A stretch of 64,000 bases of DNA, taken from assembly GCF_021869535.1 (NCBI RefSeq), contig NW_026262637.1, positions 26,412,001-26,476,000 on the forward strand. Direction: 5' to 3'. The notes under the pieces are model-generated. The model ran no database searches, was not told where the DNA came from, and saw only the letters and a list, made by a program, of their open reading frames with translations. The stretch is from Mytilus californianus (taxonomy: Eukaryota). Position numbers and translations under genes: made by a program. Of this stretch, positions 13,470-25,022 are shown piece by piece. The number at the start of each line of letters is the position of its first letter. Position 1 is the stretch's first letter.

Positions 13470-13516
13470 ACAGGGACGCGTTTCAGTAAGAGTTCTCTTT
13501 GCTACCTTCAGACTGT
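13470..13516 (-). ncRNA. Degenerate minimal type I hammerhead ribozyme-like motif (Penelope/retrozyme type)
   Basis: Minus strand reads ACAGT-CTGAAGG-TAGCAAAGAGAACTCTTACT-GAAA-CGC-GTC-CCTGT: core boxes, palindromic mini stem III ACGCGT and stem I ACAG/CTGT; mismatches at A9 and at the stem bases. Confidence 0.4.
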
Positions 13517-13760
13517 GGAACAGATTTACGAATATCACTGTGCTCTTCATTAATCTATCAGGCCATTGAACAGAAAATACATATTCCTCTCACTTGATCA
13601 GCCTTAATTCAAATAGTAGGAGTTAACTTTACGACAAGTTCAAAGATTGCAATGATTTGGATAAATGTCATCATGATTGGTGCAATCTGTATCGTTGTTT
13701 TAACTTTGAGTTACATGTATTTTGTTTTAATTTCATATAGATTTCATACACAATGTAGAC

Positions 13761-16328
13761 TTAATGTTGAATAGGGTACGGTTCAGAAATACACATTTCA
13801 GGTACAGGTGCATTATCATAAACAGTATTATTGAACACTGCTAAAGCTGGCACATCGAATGTCGCTGTCCTGTCAAAGAAATTAAAGGGTTTAAGCGTGA
13901 ATCCTGATTCTACTTTAATTGTCATGGGAACATCTTCAGATGTAGGAATATGTAGAAATCCAACTGATAACCAAGTCACTATATCTTCATTTGCGATAGA
14001 CTCGTCATCTAACATATCTTGTAAATATAATTGTGTAGGAGATGTATCATTAAAAAGTTTATTATCCACTGGAAAATACAGAGGTTTTAAGTATTGTTCA
14101 TTATCTTTCTGTTTAGTTATTGCACAGTGATATTTTGTAAACGAAAGTTCCTGCATTCTTGGATAATCGTCAGGAAGATTTTGTGAACTTGTTGTCATAG
14201 GAATAATTCTATAGCCGCGGTTAACACCATGTTTATTTTTCTTGTTTCTATTGATCATGGTCCAATATTTTTGGTTTTCCGTGTCAACTTTAAGTCCAGT
14301 TTCCTTCTCTACATAATCCCATTCTATATATCTAGTATGATTGTAAAAGAAATAATTCGAAGAGTCGGTTTTACTTTTGTTTTTCATTGCACGGTTGTTA
14401 TCGCCGTATTTCCAATGAATTAACTGGAAGTCATTTTCTTTGCCAGCTACATCCATATCTACCTTAAATCCAAATGTATGATCATGTATTGGACCAATGA
14501 GAGAATTTGTAACTTTGTACCCGAACGGAGTTTGAACATCTGAAGACGGATTCCAAAAAGACCCCTGAATAAAACCAGTGGCAGAAGCAGTTGTCTTAAC
14601 TCTTCCATCGAGATAAAACTGAAAATCAATAATGTAGTCATAGTTACCAACCTGTGTAGGATACCTAGCCACCAAAAAGTTGTTGTTAAGTCCGCCTTCA
14701 ACATGCGGCCCTTTGTGCCGCCATAAAGGATCTTGAGCATTAACCTCGAAAATACAAAATGTCGGTAAAATTGAAGGTTTTAGTCCTCTGGGATTCCAAC
14801 TCGAACTGTTCAAGTAGGACGCGTAAACTGGACAGTCAACTCGCGGAATGGCCCGTTTTGCCTCTCCTAACCCATACACAGAATCCAGGTATACCATGTT
14901 ATCTTGTCCTGAGCCATCAGCAGAATAAACCAGTGCTATCTCGTTCAAAGAATTTTCGTAAATTATTCTTTCTCCCTGAAATCTTACATCAAATATTGAC
15001 GGTCCTCTGTGTTGACCCGTAGAAACAGTGAACGACCAACCCATCCAATTGACAGCATGACCAGAAATTGTATATCTAGGACCATGAGGTTCGTATGTAC
15101 TAGTTCCCGGATACTGGGATTCCGGTCTTACAGGAGAGTAAACATTTCTAATCGGAAGAGTCGATTGAATTATATGCTCTTTGTACCCTTCCGGATATTT
15201 TATATACTTCAGTTTTCCACTGTTATATACATTTATCAGCTCTGTTATATTTGAAAACGGACCTTGATTTAAGTAAAAGAAGTCAAATGTATACCAATCT
15301 GACGTGTTTTGTCCGCTATGGGACAATCTTCCAGTAAATGGTAGGATGTTTAAGAAGTCGAACTCTTTATCACCTAAACCTCTTAATCCTATTGTAAACC
15401 GACTAACTCTCCCAGATCCGTCATTATATGGCCCATTCGGCATGATAGAAACGTCTTCGTACACGTTGTTTATGTCAAAACTGTCTTTCAGTAGCACCGC
15501 TAGTTTATCTAAATCCGCTAGAATGAAAAAAATTATCTCCCCTATTTCAACATTATCATAAGGTCTACTTTCATACGGCACCTCTCCATTTTCCAATAGC
15601 TTGGTCACTTTGACAGCGGGTGATTGTCCCTCCAATGGGCCAATCTTATATTGCATATAATCCTTTTGGTCAATATTACCTCTGATGACGACTGCAGTTG
15701 CGTATCTACCCGGGAACTTGCCTTCATCGTCTAAATACTGCAAAGCTGCACTTTTGTTAGGTGGATGTAAGAACATTGTTCCTATGAAATTAGATTTGAA
15801 CGAAATCTCTTGACCATGATCAACGTCTACAATTTTAAAGTCCACCAGAGTTCTATGAACGAGGATCATTTCTTCAGCACTCAGAGGAGCAAATAAATTA
15901 GGTCGTTCTGATGGCAGGATCGGATTTCTCCAGACACACCTTTTACATGTATGTAAATCAGAATCATCTGATGTCGTTGTGTGCTCCCCGTCTTTGTTCA
16001 TGACATTTCCGGTTTCGTCTAATGTCTCCTTACCACGATTTACTAATGACGGAATATCATTTGTAGCTGTTGTAATAACTGGTTGTACGGCGTGTTTGGT
16101 TTCCAACCTTCCTGTATCTCTTTGGTTTTGACAGTTTTCCGTCTGTGCTAATTTTGATTCGTTACCATTGTACACAAATATTCCAATGCAAAGCCCTGCA
16201 GCAAAGCCGATGATAAAAACTATTATACCTAATAATTGTCCACAAACAAGAATTTTTAAAGATGAAGTCTTCTTTTCGTTCGTTTCGTTGGTGAACTCGT
16301 ATGCACGGTTTGAATAGTTGTTTGACAT
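13761..16328 (-). CDS. Copper-containing (TPQ) amine oxidase, AOC1/AOC3-like, type II membrane anchor, 855 aa, single coding exon
   Basis: TQVGNYDY topaquinone motif (Tyr codon 14640-14642), HDH copper ligands (14478-14486), third His in GFLHIP, catalytic base in YLDSVYGLG, N-terminal hydrophobic helix. The ORF-track 5' extension runs into an intron (acceptor tttttag| at 16351/16350), so the start is placed at MSNNYS. Confidence 0.93.
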   Translation of the reverse strand: MSNNYSNRAYEFTNETNEKKTSSLKILVCGQLLGIIVFIIGFAAGLCIGIFVYNGNESKLAQTENCQNQRDTGRLETKHAVQPVITTATNDIPSLVNRGKETLDETGNVMNKDGEHTTTSDDSDLHTCKRCVWRNPILPSERPNLFAPLSAEEMILVHRTLVDFKIVDVDHGQEISFKSNFIGTMFLHPPNKSAALQYLDDEGKFPGRYATAVVIRGNIDQKDYMQYKIGPLEGQSPAVKVTKLLENGEVPYESRPYDNVEIGEIIFFILADLDKLAVLLKDSFDINNVYEDVSIMPNGPYNDGSGRVSRFTIGLRGLGDKEFDFLNILPFTGRLSHSGQNTSDWYTFDFFYLNQGPFSNITELINVYNSGKLKYIKYPEGYKEHIIQSTLPIRNVYSPVRPESQYPGTSTYEPHGPRYTISGHAVNWMGWSFTVSTGQHRGPSIFDVRFQGERIIYENSLNEIALVYSADGSGQDNMVYLDSVYGLGEAKRAIPRVDCPVYASYLNSSSWNPRGLKPSILPTFCIFEVNAQDPLWRHKGPHVEGGLNNNFLVARYPTQVGNYDYIIDFQFYLDGRVKTTASATGFIQGSFWNPSSDVQTPFGYKVTNSLIGPIHDHTFGFKVDMDVAGKENDFQLIHWKYGDNNRAMKNKSKTDSSNYFFYNHTRYIEWDYVEKETGLKVDTENQKYWTMINRNKKNKHGVNRGYRIIPMTTSSQNLPDDYPRMQELSFTKYHCAITKQKDNEQYLKPLYFPVDNKLFNDTSPTQLYLQDMLDDESIANEDIVTWLSVGFLHIPTSEDVPMTIKVESGFTLKPFNFFDRTATFDVPALAVFNNTVYDNAPVPEMCISEPYPIQH

Positions 16329-16900
16329 GGCATTACTCTTCAAATGTGCTCTAAAAATAAACAAAAAATATACTAAGTAACTAAAACCCATAGTATTAAG
16401 CAAGTAATTATTTACTGCAGATTTTTTAAAAAGAAATCACAGAAAAACAAGACAAAATGATATAAAAAATAAATAGAACAAGTTGTTTAAAGAAAGTATA
16501 CCGAATTACATGCCTTTGTCACTCAATAGCACAACATTAAGTAGGTGCTTGCATCTCATATATCTGAATAAACGTGAGATTAAGGATAATACCGAAACCA
16601 GAAAATCTGCTTCACCTGTTGATCGTTTCCACAATATTGATACATATGGAGAACTTCAAACCATCTATGAACACTTTCAACTTTCCAATTGTCAACTTCC
16701 CATTTCTAAGCAGTAACGTACCCTCTGTTCCATCATTTGGCGTATACACACCTTAATTAATACGTTACTTACGCTCGTGCATGTTCACACTTTACCGAAT
16801 TCATTAACAGGAGTGTGTTCCTGACAAAAACTGTCCTAACAAAGTTATGAGGAAAATCGACGGAAATCGGCACTTTTTTTTTACGGTTGCCATCACAAAT

Positions 16901-17047
16901 TGGTATACCGAAATAACGTGTCTGTGTCCCAATTCACTAGCGACATGTTTGGTATACCGAAATGACGTGTCTGTGTCCCAACTCACTCGCTACATGTTTG
17001 GTATACCGAAATGACGTGTCTGTGTCCCAACTCACTCGCTACATGTT
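16901..17047. repeat. Minisatellite, 3 x 49 bp
   Basis: tggtataccgaaatgacgtgtctgtgtcccaactcactcgctacatgtt at 16901, 16950 and 16999; units 2 and 3 are identical. Confidence 0.95.
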
Positions 17048-17467
17048 TTCGCGGCCTTAGATCTTTATAGATAACATAATAGTCGTCTAATCTGTGTGTC
17101 CTATTCCTGGTTCAACATCGGTAAACTACTGTTATCTCTTGCTTACAGTTTTTATGTCTCATAACGGTCCAGGTATGGAAGAGACAAAAATGGGAATGAA
17201 AATAATCGGATTCGCATGAACTCAATTCGGATTGAGATCAGGAGCGTCCATAACAACTTATGACACGAATGAATTATCACATAAGGCTTTATCTTAAAAA
17301 AAAAACCAAACAAACAAAATTAAAAAAATTATAATTAATAAAGGAAAAGAATAAAAAAAACACACATACATAACAGGGAAAAAACACAAAAATTCAAAGA
17401 GCAGACATCAGCAGAGGCAATAAAAAATATATTTCATGAATTTCCCTTTTAGTAATTGCTGACTTAC

Positions 17468-17520
17468 CTTATAATTTAGACAGAATTCGAAGTCCAATTT
17501 TATTTGCAGTTACATGTTTA
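17468..17520 (-). other. Candidate non-coding first exon of the amine oxidase (5' limit uncertain)
   Basis: Consensus donor AAG|GTAAGT at 17468/17467 that could pair with the acceptor at 16351. Confidence 0.35.
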
Positions 17521-18302
17521 AGAATACATTTAAGTATATGCATCATGTGTCACCCATCCTTCCCGGAATTATAATGATAGCAAAATTTGCCTTGAAAGCA
17601 AGAAAAGGGTGAAACTCCTGAAAAAATGTTTAACTTGTCTTTAAGCTTACTTTATCACCAAATCAAATTATAAAGAATAGCAAAGATGTATCACTTTAAT
17701 ACTACACATATCAGTATTTGTCAAATGTCATTCAGTATGTTGACAAATTATTTGATCTTTGCTTGTTCCAGTAATCGTTCATTCCTGTACAATGAAGTAT
17801 GAAGGTTGAATGATCAACACATATATTTACATGAGCACGTACCGAATCACAATAAATCTGTAAACAGATTAACTTATATGTTTAAAATGATTTGTATGTA
17901 AAATTGTCTGTTCAACTTTGATATAGCTGATCAAACTATCAGTATGCATTTGAAGAAAGCTTGTTCCATACGAATCTTCTAATTTTGTTTGTGGATACCA
18001 TCGCAATTTACTTACCCCCACATTTTGTGTAAAATATGGGAGTGTAGCGTAAAATTCAATAAACGTTATATATAAGAAGTTATATTTGTCATTTATATAG
18101 TATTTTATCAAGTCTAACAAAATTTCCCAGTCAATGAATTTTGCTGTGCCTTTAATTGTGAAATATCCAGTATTCTCTTGATATATTAGATGCTGTCGGC
18201 TTGAATCAGATTCAATTTGATTAATTTGATAACATTATACAGTATTTTGAAATAAACAACAAAAACATGATTATCTTTATTCTAATAACAAATCCATTTT
18301 GT

Positions 18303-18488
18303 CATTGTGTCGTCTCATTTATGTACGTGTTGTAACTGCCCCTTGAGGGTCACTGATAGACAAACATTGTGTCGTCTCATTAATGTATGTGTTGTAATTG
18401 CCCCTTGTGGGTCTCTAATAGGCAGACATCGTATCGTCTCATTAATGTATGTGTTGTAAATGCCCCTTGTGGGTCACTGATAGACATA
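18303..18488. repeat. Minisatellite, 3 x 62 bp
   Basis: cattgtgtcgtctcattaatgtatgtgttgtaattgccccttgtgggtc... at 18303, 18365 and 18427. Confidence 0.92.
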
Positions 18489-19399
18489 GACAGATAAACG
18501 TGTAGGCTATTATTGTATAAAAATGAGTTCGCCAAAGCTGCCAAATTCACGGCCGTGTATATATTTTAAACCAGATATGACCATTACCACACAAATATTG
18601 CAATAACGATAGTATAAGGGTTAGCCTTTGTTCACCTTTTTGCAGTGTATGTTCATGTAAAACATTATTTTTTAAAAAGTTGGTCATTTTATTGCATATA
18701 AGGTCATGTACCCCCTAAAATTGTAGTGTGCAAGAAGTGCACCCTTGAAATGTTTTTTATATTTAATAACGTTTACATTTACACTATTTTGAATGAAAAG
18801 GATTTCTCTTCGTTTGTTCATGAAATATTCAAGTTAATAATAAGAAACAATTAATTTCTTGAAGGTGTTCTAGCTAAAAGGTTAGTGCTGCAATGATTGG
18901 TATTGGGCCAAACACTTATAAGTTGCGATACATTCCTTAATATTTGACTTGAAAGATAAAGGTGCCTTGTATAGCACTTACATCTATATGCGTCTATATC
19001 AACATGAAAGCTGAATTTCTACTCATTTTTTTAATTGAACCAGATTTAATGTTAACATAGAGGGTGAGAATAGATGAAAGTTCATCAATGGCATACTTTT
19101 TGTGTTGTGGATCTTATTGGTAAGAGGACACATGTGCATTGGTGCAGCACTCTTGTAATTCATTGCTTGGTTGATTGTGTACAAAAAAAATATCAGAGAG
19201 CAGGATTTACAGTACCATTCGTTTGTTATATAACATTTGCAATATAGACAATCAAACAATATTTTATTAGCACAAACGCAACTTAGTTATAACAATTGGT
19301 AAAGGCTCAATTTAGTACATTGTATAGAAATATGTTGAAAAAAACAAATTCAAAAACAACAACTAAATAATCAATACTTTCTAAATCGGATATTGATAT

Positions 19400-21500
19400 T
19401 TAATATTATTAATGGTTTTGTAAAACATTATTTCTAACTTTCAACAATCCAGAAATGTTATTTGAACATATCTTTGATATTTTACTGACCCTCTGTTTAA
19501 CAATAGTTTTGACTTTCTGCTATCATTATGTATATTTCTAAAATTTGGGTAAAAATTTAGACAATTTTGTCGCTAGGATTTCTCTTTCATTTTTATATTT
19601 AAGGCAATGCCAAATAAAGTGATTTTCATCCTCAATTTTGTTGTGTGTACACACTTTACAAAATCTTTCATTTCTTACCGTTCTGTTATACCTTCCTCTT
19701 TCTATTTCAAGGGAATGAGCACTTAATATCATTCTAGCTATAACAGAACGACCGGACTTGAAAGTAATTGATCAACATGTGTGTGGTGTACGTTCTCCTA
19801 CCTTTGAAATATTACGGGAAAATTATAATTTCAGAATAAAAAGATTTGGAGCGTTAATCTTGATTTTTTTTTATCTAAAATGCGCTGATTTAATTGTTTA
19901 AAAAATGGTTTAATATTTTTATTTAACTCTTGGGCCTAAAACGGGAACCAAAGTTTTCGGAGACATAATTATATATCACAATTATATTAATTGCTCAAGG
20001 ATTCGTTTTCCAAATGGCTTTAAATAAGTCATGAGCTAATGTGTGATCGGATTTAACTAAATAGTCTAAATATTAAATAGAGTACATGATGAATTTAGTT
20101 CCTAAGGAAAATCTAGCTAATTCAGCTCTACTTGCATCCTTAGAAGTTTTACAATTAACTCCTAGGATGTCTTTAATAAATTAATGTGAAATGTTTCATA
20201 AGGGTCAGAGTCACGAATTTTTAAAGCAATCTCTATACCACATTTCACAACAATATAAGTTTCTCAAGCTGGCGAATCAGTATAGATGTGCCGTTTATTA
20301 TTATTTCTTTAGATATCTTGTCACATGCAGCACTCTTACCATTCTTTAATAATTTAATAGCTTTTATTATTTCCTGTCGTAAGATTTTTCATTATAAGCA
20401 TTTGCTTTATCATGTTTATCGTCACACTTAGTGCCAATTTCGACTTTCAAATTTTTTAAACATTGTATTATCTTTTTTTGAAACTGATTTAAGTCAAAGT
20501 TGCAGTATTAAGTTTATTGAAATGATTTAAAAATTCCTCTTGTGGTAAGGGGTCACTTACCCCACTAGCTGATGAATTACTAATGTTATTGATGAATGCC
20601 CCAAATGTTTTATGGTCCTTTTCTATACTATTATATAAATAAGGAGATGAGATATGATTGCCAATGAGACAACTATCCACCAAAGTTCAAATGAATTAGA
20701 GGCAACCGTACGGCCTTCATCAGCAGTGAGAAAAACCCATACCGCATAGTCGGCTATAAAAGGCCCCGACATGAAAAATATGAAACAATTCAATTGAGAA
20801 AACTAACGGCCTAATTTATAACAAAACAATTAACGAAAAACAAATATGACAGACATGAACCAACGACAACCACTGAACTACAGGCTCCTGACTTGGGACA
20901 GGCACATAAAGAATTGCTTATTTCAGTGTATATATCAAGTTTGCCTATATTTTTTTCTTCATGTTTACTAGGCCGTCTGTAACGGCCACGGCCAGTATCT
21001 CATAGTTTATAACAGACCTACGCAAATCTGCACATGATTCAGTAAACCAAGGTTTCTTTTTCGACCTAGTTTTGTCTTTTATATCAGGCCTTTTTTCTCA
21101 AATTTAGCTGAGCTATTTGCACTTTCATGTAGTATTGAATTAAAAGGTTTTACCATACTATCAGTATCACTAAGTTCTTCTTTCATAGAAATTTCAATTT
21201 TGTAAATAGAGACTCTTTACTTTGAATGTTTTTCTTGTAAAGTTCAATGGCTTCATCCGACCAAATGTATTTACCCGGTAACAGTTTTGATTTTGACTGG
21301 TGATTAAAATCTTGTGCACATTGAGTTATAATACTACAAATATAGTTGGACAATGATTAGACAATGAAGTGAAATCTAGAACTTGAAATAAACCTACAAA
21401 TTCTAACAGAATATACCATGGTATAGTCAACAAGACTACAACCATTATACGTTATACAAGTAGGTTTACAAATCACCAGTGGTCCATGACTTTATTTGTA
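19400..21500 (-). mobile_element. Degenerate non-LTR retrotransposon ORF2 remnant (RTE-X/CR1-like), RT core deleted
   Basis: Endonuclease end (CITYNGCSLVDY; FTSLSNHCP), KKPWFTESC linker, EIIKAIKLLKNGKSAACDKIS pre-RT segment, LYCCEMW, ILGVNCKTSKDASRAEL and the C-terminal AHSLEIERGRY...C-x2-C...EDENHFIWHC; many stops and frameshifts. Confidence 0.8.
20632..20912 (+). repeat. Very abundant Mytilus-type interspersed repeat inserted into the LINE remnant
   Basis: gatatgattgccaatgagacaact...cgtacggcctt...gctataaaaggccccgac; related pieces near 29150-29290, 34390-34460, 44140-44240, 47740-47995, 49510-49610 and 59290-59480. Confidence 0.8.
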
Positions 21501-22721
21501 TCTTTGTTGATACTGCCTCACGTACATTTGAAAACCCCGCTTTTTACTTTCTTTTTGATAAATACATTATAAAAGTGTAAGTTAAACATTAAACATAAAA
21601 TCCTCTGTATTTAATTATATTACTTTTAATCCCTCCCGATTTAAAGATGCTAGTCATGATTCATTAGATGAAAGTAAATTTCACTTCATGTAAGTGTTCC
21701 CGTGTAATAAGCGAATTCCATAAAGCCTTTCCTTTGTTACAGATGTCATGAAAGATGAAAATACTACATCTAGATATATTAGCGAAAGTTGTTTCCATCG
21801 ATGATGACGAAAACTTCAAATCTTAACCTAAACTTTGAGTAAATCTAACTGGTTCAAGTTGAATATACCGTACGAACAAAACGTTAATTACCATTCTAAC
21901 CAAACCATGTTATTTTTAATTCTTGTTGCTTTCACTAATAATTTGACGCCTTTCGTCAGAAACTTTGATCTTTTAGTGTATAAGCTAACTGGATATCAAA
22001 AGAAATTTAAACTTGAAGGTAGCATGCAATAATAGTGCTAAATCGTTATGTCCTTCATTAATACGAATAATTCTGTTATTCAAACCTGTAATTTGGATGG
22101 TACCTTCTTAATTAGAAGAAAAAAATCAGTATGTAAATATATATATATATATTCCAAATTATCTGTTAGGTTCCAACGACAAAAAAAATTGCAAATCGTC
22201 AAAACAGTTTAAAGATAAGTGTTATAATTTCCTCTTGATGAGACCTCTAGGGTTAGCAATAGAGTATTACATTTGATACTATTATACTTCATGTCAAAAT
22301 GCCAGATTTTGATTGGTTAATACGAGGGAAACAATTTACTTTATTCCACTGCATGTTGATTTTGATAGCGAACTAAACATTTGATTGGTTGAAACTACTC
22401 CACGTGATGTCGAACAAAACTTCATATTCCCTTCTGAGTATCATATTCCCCTCTGAACGTCGGGATTGCCTTGGTCGACGTTACCCGCGGTTAGTGTTTT
22501 AAAACGTTTTGATCGTTTTTTAAAGATAGTATATTAATTTCTATATAAATCCTTGTTTCTAACAACAAACAGAAACGAATAAATAATTAACTTTTAATCG
22601 GTACTGATTATCATTGTGTATGTTGTGTTTAGTTATGAAAAAACTACCGGATAAGAAAACAATTATGTAAATTAATATCTTATGTTCATCAGTAAAAAAA
22701 AAGTATAGGCAGTGGAATAAA

Positions 22722-22866
22722 ACATTCATTTCCCTTTGCTTAGGGAGATATGAAGATTTGTTCACCCTCGAAAAGTCATATTTCCCTCGGGCGATGCCCT
22801 TGTGAAATATGATTTTTCTTGGGGGAACAAATCTTCATATCTCCCTCAGGCACGGGAAATAAATGT
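22722..22866. mobile_element. Foldback MITE
   Basis: acattcatttccc / gggaaataaatgt termini; long internal arms agggagatatgaagatttgttc / gaacaaatcttcatatctccct. Confidence 0.8.
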
Positions 22867-23027
22867 ATACTATCCCATGGCAAATACCCTATTACCCTTC
22901 AAGGAGACGCTTGCTCAAGTGTGCACTAAAGTTGATAAATACGGATGATTGTACAAGACGACATAGTTTATTACTTTGAATTTGAAATTGAATAGACAGT
23001 TATAACAGAACATTCAGTATAATAAAT

Positions 23028-23168
23028 TAAATAACACATATCTGAGAGGGTGATAGAGCAGATTGTTACCCCTCGAAAAGACATTGTCAAACTTGGCTTC
23101 GCCTCAGTTGACAATATTTTCTCGGGGTAACAATCTGCTCTATCACACTCTCAGCTATGTGTTATTTA
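23028..23168. mobile_element. Foldback MITE, probable TA target
   Basis: Arms of about 60 bp: taaataacacata..tgagag.gtgatagagcagattgttacccc and its reverse complement; central ggcttcgcc hairpin. Confidence 0.85.
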
Positions 23169-23846
23169 TATAATATCATCATGTTGGAGATAATGTTTGC
23201 ATATGTTTAACTTCCTACTGCAAGTGCCGAAACTTGTCAGGATTTGCTTTCATTTGACTGAACCGATCAATTAAAAGTGTGTTATCATCTGCATAGTTTT
23301 AAAAGGCGGCTGTTTTAACTTGATAAGATAGAAGATGTCGTTTAGATAGATATGTGAATTGTAAGGGACCTAGAATTGCTCTTTTGGGAACCTCTTTTCA
23401 ATTTTTTCCCCATGTACTCAGATATGAACCCACTTTAGTTTAATAGATAATTTTAAAGTATTTTCAAAGATTTTTAGAGACAGTTCATTCATAAGGTAGT
23501 CAAACGATCGGCAGTGATGCTATATGTTTGACTTTATTTTAATGCTGTTTTCAGTTCTCGGTAAAGATTTTTTAAAGCGCCGTTTTACATTCGTAACACG
23601 ATCAGAATGAGAAATGAGCTGATCATAAATAGCTCTCCAAAACGTAGGAATTTTACATCTTTTCAAATTCCATTTTTGATTGATCTTGACTTTATTTATC
23701 TGTTTATTTACAGTATCCTCATTAACTTCATTGAATTTAAGTTCTTCTATTTGCCCGTGAAATGCTGGGGTTGTTATTTTAAAAAAAATATATATATACA
23801 CAGGCAGTCAGCAGGGTTTAAGAACATTTGTTGTTCGACCTGTTAG

Positions 23847-24102
23847 CATACCTGCCAACTTTTCAAAATCTCCATGGGGGATTTTAAGCGCAAGACGATA
23901 TAATGCTCCTCTTTTATTGTGATAAGTGTTTTTAATCTACTACTATATTGTTTGAATGAGCATGTATGTGCTTAAATACCCTTCCTACTCATTTGAATGC
24001 CTGTTTTGAGGTGTTCAGTTTATATAATAAAGAATTTCAAAATTCAGGTCAACACCTCTCATGGGGGATATCCCCCATAAATCGGGATAGTTGGCAGGTC
24101 TG
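23847..24102. mobile_element. MITE with a 6-bp TSD
   Basis: TIRs CATACCTGCCAACT / AGTTGGCAGGTCTG; TGTTAG on both sides (23841-23846 and 24103-24108). Confidence 0.85.
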
Positions 24103-25009
24103 TGTTAGTCAAATGCGTTTTGTTAAAATATACTTTTTCACTTTTTTGGTCTTTTGGAAAATGTTGTTTGTGTTGTATTTAGACCCCTCTAACAAGAAAT
24201 TTGTTTTGCATGCACACGTATAAAAATTGCGGTCAAGTTTTATCCAACGCAATCATAGGTTTGAATGTTGTTTTCAATTTAGACTTGTTTGTAAATATAT
24301 ATATATATACTTATTTTCATTTAATCAAATGTCCTTTGACCATTGATATGTTTTTTTAAATAAAGTGTTTGATCATTAAAGTTATTTTATCAATTTCTTC
24401 TTATACAATATGTTTCCTTTATTCGATAGACAAACGAATTTAATGTTGGTGAAAAGTCATCAGATTTAGGACCGCAAATAACCATTCAACTATCGTCCTA
24501 TTTTTTCATTTGCTTCGATTTTTATAAACACATGGTATAGTAATCTCAGCCTATAAACCATTTCGTACAACAGAGACGAAGTACATGTTTAGTATTTCGT
24601 ATCATATATTTGTAAGGTCGCTGAAACTGTGTGCCAACATCAAATAAGTTTTATTTTAGGTCGGCAAGTTTAATAACAATACAACATCGATATTGATAAT
24701 TTTGAAAAGTTTTAAAATGCCTCATATAACTTGGTAAAATGTTTTCTATTTAATGTATTGACTGATCCATTCAACAAGGTAGAACATGTTATCAAATGTT
24801 CGTTTCGCATGTTTATGTTTGAAATATCAATATCCTCACTTAATCGGAGTAAATAATTTTTTTTAATTTTCTTTAATATTAGAATAATATACTAAAAATT
24901 TACAAAGAAAGCTAACAGCAATTAAATGATTGTTAAAAACATTTCAATTTATTTTTTAAGTGAAGATTAAAATGAAAATATGTGTGTAGCGATTTGGTGC
25001 GGTGCTATT

Positions 25010-25022
25010 GTATCATGGCAAC
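25010..25022 (+). promoter_or_regulatory. RFX X-box-like site upstream of the RSPH3 non-coding first exon
   Basis: GTATCATGGCAAC (perfect GGCAAC half site), 25 nt before the donor GAG|GTAAGA at 25047/25048; ciliary genes are typical RFX targets. Confidence 0.6.

Noticed and set aside
13831-15561. Plus-strand and alternative-frame ORFs inside the amine oxidase
   Set aside because: Antisense or out-of-frame shadows of a real CDS.
16329-16403. N-terminal extension MLNTMGFSYLVYFLFIFR of the 880-aa ORF
   Set aside because: Reads through a polypyrimidine tract and AG acceptor; intronic.
16901-17047. CRISPR-like appearance of short direct repeats (also 18303-18488)
   Set aside because: No unique spacers, no cas genes, and a eukaryotic context.
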